From NCBI GenBank assembly GCA_030704615.1, contig CM060732.1, positions 65,472,001 to 65,536,000 of the forward strand: 64,000 nt of DNA, written 5' to 3'. Origin of the DNA: Takakia lepidozioides. Lineage: Eukaryota > Plantae > Bryophyta. A program made the position numbers and the translations under genes. Below the pieces are notes generated by a model, which ran no database searches, was not told where the DNA came from, and saw nothing but the letters and a program-made list of their open reading frames with translations. Shown here piece after piece: positions 47,570-57,729 of this stretch; position 1 is the first letter of the stretch, and the number at the start of each line of letters is the position of its first letter.

Positions 47570-49760
47570 ATGCTATGCTATTCGTTAGGACCCTACCAGA
47601 CTATTTTTTTTTTTTCAAGAAATGGTCCGGCGGGCTTTTTGGACTTTCTACAGTTCTGGCAGTTTTGATTATAAATAATAATAAAAAGCATGTTTGTTGC
47701 ATGTATATGTGGTTGGCGCAATGGTAAGACGCATATGTTTGGCAGGGCAGGCCTTCCAAGGGTCGAATATTGTTGACATTTGGCAGTGGGAAGACATTAA
47801 TTTTAGATTTTCCGACTGTCTGTTTTTGCAATTATTTATGATCGGACAGCGTGTATGAATGATATAAATAAATCCAAGGTATAAATGTACAAGGATATAC
47901 CCTATATAATATCCTTGGATAAATGACACATTCATGAGGGGTACATAGTATATAACAGATTTTGGCCCCAATCCACATGGCCATGGTTCTCAATAGTCAC
48001 AAATTTCCCATGCCTCATGCATATGGGATAACTATACCCTTCCTTACAATATACCCTCATGTCAGTTTGTACCAGACATATGGTAGGGTAAATCTATGAA
48101 CTGCATCATCCAGTTATACCGTACCTGCCTACACCGTCCGATGATAATTAAATCCAAAAACAGACTGCCAGAAAGATGTAATTGAAGTCCTTCCGGTGCC
48201 CAATGTCACACATATTCAACCCCAAGAGCTAGCTTGCGAAATTCTCAAGCGATACCATTGTGCTAGCCATGCATACATTCAAAACCTATACTTTATCATG
48301 ATTACCTCCTGATCACCTCCGAAACTGCAGAAATTCCAAAAAGCCTGCCAAACTCCTTTTTCAAGAAAAATTAATTAGTCCTACAGGGTCCTGACGAATA
48401 GCATGGGCAAGTATGGTATACCAAATATGGGTATATGTCTTTTATATACCCTTAACGGTAGGCTAATATCCGGATATTATTTGTGGCCGGGTCCAGGTAC
48501 GTACAAATCCATTAACCGGTAATTAACCTATACCCGCACGACATTGGTTTTTTCTGAAGGTGCTCCCCAAACACATTAGCCCGAGTTCATGGGACACGCT
48601 GGAGAGGACTCTTAGCTTCAATATTATCACACTTGCAGATAGACTTTGTAGCACATGGCAACATTTCCTTACATAAGGAAGGACCATCCCCATGACTGCA
48701 AGAACTGCATAAATTCCAGAAAACTTCTTCAAGAAACATTAATTAGTCCTGCAGGGTCTTCACGAATAGCATGGACAAGTATCATATATTAAATATGGGT
48801 ATATGTCTAATGGTAGGGTAGTATCCGAGTATCACCTGTGGTTGGGTATGTATATATCCATTTATTGGTAAAACCTATACCTGCACAACATTGATTTTTT
48901 CCCCAATCATTTTAGCCCGGTTCCTGGGCACGCTGGAGAGGACTCTCAGCTTCCATACTATCACATGTGGCAGACTTTGGCAGCACGTGGCAACACTTCT
49001 TTACATAAGGAAGGCCATCTTGATGACTGTCAGTAGTGCAGAAATTCCAAAAAGCCTGCCGAACCCCTTCTTCAAGAAAAATTAATTAGTCCTGCAGGTC
49101 TTTGACCAGTGTTGGTCTGGTATGGTGTTTTGGAGATACCCGGAGGGTCCTGGTAGTACAAAAATTTAGATATGTCCCAAACAAGGATATGCAATATTAA
49201 AAAAAAACCTAGATTTTGGTACTTGCAGGGTATCAATAATGCTAGCATTTCACATTTGTAGACCTAGTATCAACAATGGTATGAAAACTTTGATACCAGC
49301 TGATATCAACTTCGGGTAAGGAATAAAAATACTTTTCTCCCTGCTTCTATATCATGTGATCTACATGCTATAATCAACGTATGTGCTTTCTTCTGAAATG
49401 TAATTTTAATTGTGCTTCATTGCGATCCCCAAAACCAAAGCCAAGAATCTCACAAATCTGCCATCATCTCTATATTAAGTGCCTCCACATTGATACTTGA
49501 ATGGCGATACCAGCAACCGAACTCAAGCGACAAAACAAGTAACAACATCAACAACTAGTGAGCCGAGACCAGTCAGCTAGGCTATCGCCCTCCCCGAAAC
49601 CCTAATCATATCCTACAAGTAGGTTACTCTATGGATGTCCAACCTATTTGGAACCGTCTGGTAGGGGCTTCTATACCCGGGTGCATAACCGGGTTGATAC
49701 CTGAGTTTCTATACATACCAGACCAACACTGGCCTTGACGAATAGCATGGACAAGTATGG
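47570..49760. repeat. Long imperfect inverted repeat (about 47570-47835 vs 48150-48405) followed by about 350-bp tandem units
   Basis: Motif GAAATTCCAAAAAGCCTGCC...TTAATTAGTCCT(A/G)CAGG...ACGAATAGCATGG at about 48330, 48710 and 49040 (the last split by a MITE), and in reverse complement at about 47575-47655. Confidence 0.7.
49107..49731. mobile_element. hAT-type MITE, 625 bp
   Basis: 18-bp perfect TIR CAGTGTTGGTCTGGTATG/CATACCAGACCAACACTG; imperfect 8-bp TSD TCTTTGAC/GCCTTGAC; empty sites visible in the neighbouring tandem units. Confidence 0.85.
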
Positions 49761-49769
49761 TATAGTACG

Positions 49770-51508
49770 TCTGCTATTTTCCAGTCGTATCAGCCTTTTA
49801 TGACTGCATGACTACCCAGTCAGATAAAACCAGTCAATTGTGACAAATGAGTCATAAGCGCCATACAGTCAAATCTGCTAGTCGTGGAGCTCACTGTTGA
49901 CGTGGCAACGGGGACGCCTAATCATAGTCATTGATAAGACCGTAGTAAATGACTGCGAATCCATGTCAGCTTCACGTGGAACGGAAAGGATATGCCACGT
50001 GTCACGTCAAAGGGAAGGCGACAGGGTCTTCACGACTGGCATATACGACTTCCACGGATTAACCCCAGGACAGTACGTGGAGAATACCGGGAACGATACG
50101 TGGCATGACAGGGTGACTTCCGCAGATTAACCCCATGACAACACGTGGATTAGACTGGACATGACACGTGGCATGACAATATGGAGCGGGAGGGTCTTTC
50201 GTGACTGGCATATATAACTTTGGACGTTTAATCCCAGGTCCACATGTGGAGTCAAATTATGCAGGATGGGGGTGGGGTAGTCGTTATGACTGGAACATAT
50301 GACTTCCATGGCGCACTCTGGATACTGCACGCGGCACGAGTATGGGCGAACATGAGGGGTGAAAGTGGCACGTGGCGGAGGCTCTGTGGATGGGAGGTAG
50401 TCGTGTACATGACCGTAGCATTGAAACACGAAAGCACCATTGAAAGCATATGAAAACATCATTGAAACATGAAAGCACATTTGAAATTGGAACATCGATT
50501 CAAATACAACGTGACTTAATGTTAAGAGATCCGTTCCATAATCTAATCCGGTGCTGCTACAAAAATGCACAAAACTGCAAAAGTTTAAGTAGACTTCCAA
50601 ATGCCTGAGCAGAAGATGCATACACTGGCTTGGCCGGACTTGGTCACCTACCTTCAACTGCCATCCAACCCGAAAACGACAGAAGATACATGAGCAAGCT
50701 TTCAGGCAATATAGCAACATTGACATATGTTAAACAAACTAACATCGCTGAGAATATGTCTAAGCACCATTACACAAACTCGATGTGTGCAAAATAGAAA
50801 ATTGCAGGTAGGGAACAGTAGCATGAAATTCTTCACTGAACTGCAGCTAACACCAGCAAATGCTAGTACTGTTGGATGAGAGCTCACTACACTTAATTCA
50901 TGTTAGCCCTCTCCTGCCCCAAACTGTCTATGTGAAGCCCTCCTTCCCAAACATCAAAATGCCCAACATGAGCAGGAGTGGTGTCAGGCCGAATTCGAGT
51001 AAGACAAATGGCCTTGAAGACATGGGTCTGCAGCAGCACCAAGGGAATTGTGTTAGAAACATGGTGATGCATACTACTACCAAATGACAACAAACAATGA
51101 GGCCCAGAGAGTACCTTCTGCCCCGGAAACTCTGCATTCGAAAGAGGCAGGGTATTTATACCAGTCCACATTTTGGAGATTTTGAACCCCGATGACTTCA
51201 TGTAGCTGTGAATGATCCGGCGGGATGCCATGTCCTGATCACCCCACTACAACAGATCGCGGTATATCTGACTGCCGAGCCGCGGTAGTCATGGTTTTCT
51301 TGACTTTGACCATGACTTCCCTGTATTTTTTGACCAAATGGGGCTTCACGTAGTCGTTGAAATGACTACGTGACTACGTAGTCCTCTTGGCGACTACTTT
51401 GGTAGACGTCGTCATGACTGTATAGCTCCGCACTAGACGGAAGGGTGGTCAACGATGGTTGACCAGTGCGAGCTTGCCACCAAATAGTCGCCGGAGTGAC
51501 TTCTAGTG
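49770..51508. mobile_element. CACTA-like remnant(s) surrounding a methyltransferase-like fragment
   Basis: GAC/GTC-rich subterminal-type tracts at 49770-50420 (including related units with GACTGGCATATA) and 51265-51500. CACTAC at 51245 and TAGTG ending at 51508. No matching TSD, so boundaries are uncertain. Confidence 0.5.
50893..51244 (-). pseudogene. Second, divergent amino-DNA-methyltransferase gene fragment (two exons)
   Basis: HSYMKSSGFKISKMWTGINTLPLSNAEFPGQK|THVFKAICLTR, with GT-AG intron 51114-51028, aligns to FSYSRGSSISVLSRKYTCINTTPLHTQTGK|TMFFHAHVLTK of the gene at 1-1309. Both have a phase-0 intron between K and T. Confidence 0.6.
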
Positions 51509-53473
51509 CAAGCTTGGTAACCAAAAGATTTAAAAAATTAAAAAGTTGCTTATAGGGTTGCCAATTAGAGGGCTCAGACTTGGCCTCTTTTTTGCTTTTT
51601 TTTTTGCTCCTGAGCGTTTTCTTGGTAGTATCGAGCCGAGAGATGAGAGATGGAATGCGATGATCAAAGCAAATGATGCAGGAAGGGGCGAAGCGCAACG
51701 TGCACCGCAACCGCAAATGTGGGCTCTTGGCTCCTGTTAGTACCATGATTTGGTATTCTTCCTTATGTTTACAAGGTTCTTGGGAGAGTCAGTTTGGTCT
51801 TAGCAGTCCGTGTTTCAATCGACGCCCACTCAGCTACACCGTGGTGGATCTCACAGAGCAATCCGACATTACCTGACTACAGACACAAGCAGCCGACACA
51901 AGAGGTCATCTTGGGTTCATGGTCAGTCAAATCCTCCATGGGTCATGACACAAGGTCGAGGACAATGTGGTGAGGGCACCTTCTTCTTTGACCTATTTCA
52001 GCCTGTTTTGACCTCTCATCAGACTCGGCCCTGAATTTCTTCACGATGGTGGGCTGCCTCATAGGATCGAATAATGCACATGTGCAGATCGTCCTTACAA
52101 AGGTCTAAGGGAGAAATTTTTAGTAGGGACCTCGACCGTAGTTTCCATGGTTTGAACCCTGGCCTTCAAGCTAAGACTATCTCGATTCGTCTCCCTGGCG
52201 TCCGCCGCTTGTCTGCGACTTTGACTCCCACAAGATCCCCTAGGGATCCCAGGCGGCGAAAGGAAGGTGACATGCGCCCTACCAAATTCTCAGAATCGCT
52301 GGTAAATGAGCTTGTTAAGTTGTTTGGCATGATGCACTTGTATTGAAGCAGCTTCAATGTTCCTTAATCCTCCTTTCATATTTTGAGATTTTGAATGCAT
52401 GTCTCTTAGTTAGTGAGGGAGAAAGAAGGAGAGGGGGAGAACCTGCAACACAGACTCAATGCAAGTACAGACAGCCAATTACTTTCAAATTGTTAGATGC
52501 TTCCCTCTTCTTTTTAGTTTCTAAGCTTTTTCATGATGATTGCACATTGGCTTTGTGTCAATGTACTGATACAACATGTACATCAATAAGAAAGGCCTCG
52601 CCAATCTGCTAATCACAGTTCCCTAAGACTTCGACAAGTTGCCTCCTGCTTGGAAACGGAGTCCAACGTTTTCACTAAACTCACCCAGCCAATGAGAGCA
52701 GTCTCACCGCCAGGCCAACCTCTGGACCAGTCCCCAAGTTTGTCTGCAGGGCTCTTCGCACGTTTTCCAGCCCCTTCCACATCTGGTCTTGCTTCCTGCC
52801 ATTTCATCATATGACGAGGACAATTTTTTGGGTTCAGATATGTACCTCTCTCATAAGCTCTATGAGCTTTCCGCGGACGTTATAAAGCACCATTTCATTT
52901 CATTTCATTTCTCTTTCTCGGCACTGATAAGTCCTCTTTCTCTCTTAGTAATGGGCCCTCAGCCCCCTTGTTGATGTAATAAAGTTTCTTTCTCTCAAGG
53001 AGGTGTTCCACTAAGAGGATCAGAAATGCTTAGCATATCTGCATGAGGCTTTGACTCTTAGACAATCCCTTAAGCAGTAGTTGTCTTTGGGCTGCTTGTG
53101 GTGGGCACCAATCTTTGTCTTGTTTCATGCTTCCTTTGTCACATAAGCTCTTTGAGCTTCCCGCGGACATCATAAAGTATCATTTCACTTCAATTCTTGC
53201 TCTCCTCATGGACATAATAGACTTCTGAGCCTTCACTTCTCTTTATCCAGCTAGAAGACCAGAGCAGCAGTGCTGAGATCAAGCTCAAGTCGATGCAATG
53301 TGTACATCTGTCGAGCGGCTTCTACTCACCCATCCCTTCGCTATCCGAGGTGGAAACTCCAAGATAGAAGAGTTGGATATCTCTAAGCACTCAGCCCGCT
53401 CAGAACAATCAGTCATGACCTACAGCTAGTGAATCATGGTTGTGCTTCCTATTTGTATTTCTTCTTGCCTTCA

Positions 53474-54218
53474 TGTTAGCAATTTACCTTACTGTGTATA
53501 CTGAAGCATCAGATTGCTTCAGTATCTACCAAGTTCCATTCACTCATCCATTCATTCCACAGCTTCACTCATGTCTCTATACTCAGTGTGATTGTATCGG
53601 ATAAGTATCAGATTATGATTTATCAGGTATTAAGCCAATGCCATGGTGACTCTAATCTGCCCTACAATATCACTACAACTTTGCATGTAACAACCATCTA
53701 CTGTTCATCTTTCCTCCTTCACAGTGCTCTCCATCCTTGCTCCCGTTCTTGCTCTTTGCCTGATCTCCCCTCATGCATGACCAAGAAGCGCTCCCCGTGA
53801 AGTGATCCCCTACCTGGTGCTGCTCTGCCTAATCTACCTGCAAGTTGTTCCAACCGCCTAACTAACTAACGGTCACCCCTGAAGTAACACGTTCCCTCTG
53901 CAGATGTCGTTCCCACACAATAGTTTCCTGCTAATGATAACCGTTCCCTCCGTGCGCTGTGATGGGCTGTGCCAAACTGTGTTGGGCTGTGACTGGCCGA
54001 GCTGTGACTGGCTGTGTCGTGTTGTGTCGGGCTGTGATAAGCTGTGATAGACTGTGACGGGCTGTGTTGGGCTGTGATAACCCATGACTTGACTGTGTGA
54101 GCCTGTCTACCACCCCTAAACCTGTGTGGCCTAAGTCTACCATCTGTAAGTCTGCGGAAAATTAAGGGTACCCCACAGAACCCGTAAAAGCGTCTAAGTC
54201 CCAAACAACCCTCTAACA
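53474..54218 (-). repeat. 3' LTR of the Ty3/Gypsy element
   Basis: Starts TGTTAG on the minus strand at 54218, just after the PPT. The nearest matching inverted terminus (TGTTAG on +) is at 53474; an alternative lies at about 51735. The left boundary is tentative because the 5' LTR is not in the window. Confidence 0.6.
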
Positions 54219-54220
54219 TT

Positions 54221-54235
54221 ACCCCTCCCTCTCTC
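54221..54235 (-). other. Polypurine tract
   Basis: Minus strand GAGAGAGGGAGGGGT followed by AA and the LTR-initial TG. Confidence 0.8.
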
Positions 54236-54256
54236 AAAAAGCCGTGTCCTCACGGT

Positions 54257-56731
54257 TTATTGCTTAGGATCAACAAACCTTTGTGAGCAAGCACCCTTCT
54301 GACAGTGCGAGTCTCTTGAAGGGCTCTGTGTGCGAGCTCGAGCCCTGTCATTCGCTGATGGAGGTGATTGAGCACCAAATGGAAATGTCTGACCCGCTTG
54401 TGGTTGATAGCGAGGTAACCTCTCGGGCATAGGAGATCCCCGTCGTTTCTTCTCTGCCATCTGGAGTGCATAGTCCTCCGCCATGTCAAAAGGTTCCTCT
54501 GAAGAACCAGTAGTATCATAATCATCTTCCCCCCTGAGGTGTTTTGGCGGCCGAACTTTAAGTGGCTCCTCCGGAATCCTACGTGGCATACAATGTTCCC
54601 TTCCACCGGCCCTTGTGTTAACCATACTAGCATAAGATGATTATCCACCAAGTCTTGCGTAGCACTCCTGAGAGTCTGCTCCTCCTTAAGTCTGTACACA
54701 TCTAACTGCTGCTGTAAAGCCTCCATGCGTTTTGCATGAGGCTCAACCAGGGCCGCATAGGCAGCAGCCAGATTATTGGCTTCATTCCAAGCTTTGTTAA
54801 CCACAGAAAGTTCATTCTTCTGGCCCGTGAGAGTTTGCTGCAACTCCAGGATGTACCTTTCTTTCTCTGCCTCCATCCGACTGTATTGTTGAAAGGTATC
54901 CTCATTGCCACGGATAGTAGCCGTCAACTCAGCAATGAGTTCCCCTTGCTCCACTGTCTCAGCCTCCACTATCATACACCTCTCTCCTTGTTTGTTAACT
55001 TCTGCTGCAGTCTGCTGCAGAGCAGTTGTTAGCACTGGATGGTCATTTTCTGATGAACTGCTTCCAACTCTGTATGAAGCACCTTTACCTCCTGCAATTT
55101 ATCCTCATGCGTCATTTGCAACTGGTGTAGCTATTGCTTATGTACTGCATGCAATTTCTCCTGCTCCAAACCTGCTTCAATCAGATTCCCCTTTGCTAGC
55201 TACAAGGCAGCCTTAGTGTCCTCCAACTCTTTCTGTAACTCAAGGTTGGCCTCCACATCCACCTTGTTTGCATACTCAGTGGCAATTCTAGCCTCAAACT
55301 CCTGCTTGAGTTCCTCCCTCAAAGCTGTCAATTGTGTAGATGGAACATGGGATTTCACATAAGTGCCCAACAAATTGAGTGTCTTGCTTATGGAACTCCT
55401 AAGCATGGCATGTTGTGGATCTTCATGGTGAACTTGCTGTTTTTCTCCCTGATCCTCCACAATGTGATGTTTCACCAACCATTCAGGCCACGTTCCCACA
55501 AGATCTTCTTCCTGAACGACCTCATTCTCCACAGGCGCTGCAGTGCCCTAACATTCTACCTCTGGAACTTCCGCCACAGGTTTGGGTATCACATGCATAG
55601 CAGGGATTTCCTTGGTCAAACTCTGCACCTTTGGTACCACTGGTTCCTGACCAAGCCAGAGTTTTCATAGAGAAGGTCACCCTTCTCAATGTCTGCCACG
55701 ACCTGCTCTGTAGTGGGAGTGTCCAATCCTTCTCCTTCCAGAGCAATAGGCTCCGATGCAACAACATGTACTAACTGAGAGACCTCTGAGACAACCGAGT
55801 CAACTGGCTGTGATGGCTGTGGTACCAAAGTGACTTCTTCTTCCTTCTCCAAAGGTCGTGCTTCCAGTAATAACAGCCCTCTGTGCGGCTGTTCCCCATC
55901 TTGCACAAGAGCTATAAAAACATCATCATGTCGCGGTTCCCTTGAAGCTAGTGGATCGGCCACTATAGGCGTGTCCCTCTTTTGTCTCTTGGACTGGTGC
56001 CGCCCTTCCAATTCACCTTCACCATGTGAAGAGCCCTGCTCCTCAATTGCAGTGGTTGCTGCCTCAAACACTCCCATCTCCTTACGTTCTCGCGCATCAA
56101 GTATGCAAGAATCAAGAATAATTTGCGCAATCACTGGACCAGACACAATGATTGGAGACTTAGCAGCAGTGCCTTGTAACCGCTTCATCTCTTCCACCAA
56201 ACCATTGTACATTAAGTCCGCCCAAGCCACATCTTCCCCCCTTAAGGCTTTCAGTATCTCCTCCGTGAATGATCGGCTAAGGTATTGTTGGTTCTGTTTC
56301 ATGGCAAACAGAACGTTCAGAACCTGACCAACTTCTTTTAACCCTGGGTACTCGGCCTTGGTGCAAGTGTATCCCTGAGTCTTAGAGAAACTCCCTTCTT
56401 GGAACAAATTGCCTATCTGCAATCTTGCCCTGTGCTCATCGACATTTACACGGCCTGATGGCAATTCAAACAATTGATGCAAGTATTGGGGAGTAATCTC
56501 TATATCTACTCCCCTCACTTGTGTAACTCCCGTCTGAGGTTCAAAGTTATGAATGAATTGTATCATGAACGCCCTATGATGCAAGGACCATTCCTTGCGT
56601 AGCAGTCCCTCCAATCGCAACTCCTTCCACAGTTGCACTGCCTGAGGTGTAGCAATTGTCTGCTTCTGCAGAATCGTGGTGCTCTTCACCCTAACATCCT
56701 CCATTCCCCGAATTCTCTTCATTCCAGACAA
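54257..56731 (-). pseudogene. Retrotransposon extra ORF downstream of pol (about 820 codons, interrupted)
   Basis: ORF pieces 55616-56731, 55200-55532, 54250-55035 and 54257-54625 are collinear and linked by frameshifts and stops. The N-terminal FIHNF...VRGVDIEIT..L..LFELP resembles Athila/Tat accessory-ORF domains; an acidic linker and a long E/Q/K/L-rich coiled coil follow. Confidence 0.7.
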
Positions 56732-57729
56732 AGCATGAGCTCATTCATTGAAATAGCTCTAAGAAAGCTTGCAAGGCGTAGAGCATAAAAGTATGGTTGG
56801 CACAGAATGGAATGGGTAAGTGCGTGTAAGCCTGTGTGGCTTGCAAGTATCGAGTGAGAGAGAATGTACTCTCAACCCGTCCGTCCTTGCGCCACTGCGT
56901 AAGAAGTAAAGCGAGCGTATAATCTGTAATATCCGTCATAGCTACAAAGCTATAGCTTTGATTGCCCCTTCCGTCGAGACACTGGTTATTCGGAGTCACC
57001 CCGACTCTTCCGCTCATAACTCTTCTAATTTCTTGTTCTTGTTTCTTGGAAGGAACCACCTGCATGAAATTCTCGCTCCTGATTGGCTGTTGCCTCCTTG
57101 GGTAACTTCTTAATTTTACCCCCCTCAGTGGACATTCCTATCTGGAATGTCCACTAGGACAGCACATGTGGCAAAAGTCCCCATTTTCTGTACTCGTGAA
57201 GGGTTCCGTTACTTTTGCCCTGAATGCATTAATGGGCCCACAAATAGTTTTGGCTGATGTACCGGTTAGGTACTTTGACGGCCCAGTTTGTCCTCTTGCA
57301 TGATGACACCCACTTTTTCAATATATGCACCGCGGTGTGCTTCGCCCTAGTGGCCACATGTTCGTTTTTAGACATGCCTCCGTCTTCCCCTGTCCGCGTG
57401 GCACGTTCTCCAAGTTTGACTTCCAAGCTGTCCTTTCATCCGCCGGTCATTTTTCTGACATTAACCCGCATCCACCTGTCACTAACCCTATGGACTGTGC
57501 TACCCATGTGGGCTGTATTAGGCTGTGACAGGTTGTGTCAGACTGTTACGAGCTGTGATAGGCTGTGTGATGTTGTGGTGGGTTGTGATAGACTGTGTCA
57601 CACTGTGGTGGGCTATGATAGCTATGCGAACACCTGTAGCTTCCGCCCTTGCCATACACACTCGGCTTAATGACAAGTGCTCCATACTCGGTATCACCGG
57701 TGCAGTCCATGACTGTTTTTGTGTTTCAA

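Noticed and set aside
51487-51508. Helitron 3' end (GTCGC-CGGA-GTGAC hairpin plus CTAG)
   Set aside because: The hairpin is weak and only 2 nt from CTAG; a CACTA-type TAGTG end fits the surrounding repeats better.
51735-52850. Possible LINE fragment or extension of the LTR
   Set aside because: No recognisable RT or endonuclease motif in the frames I read; cannot be resolved without the 5' LTR.
54257-56731. True retroviral envelope gene
   Set aside because: No signal peptide, fusion peptide or clear TM anchor is visible.
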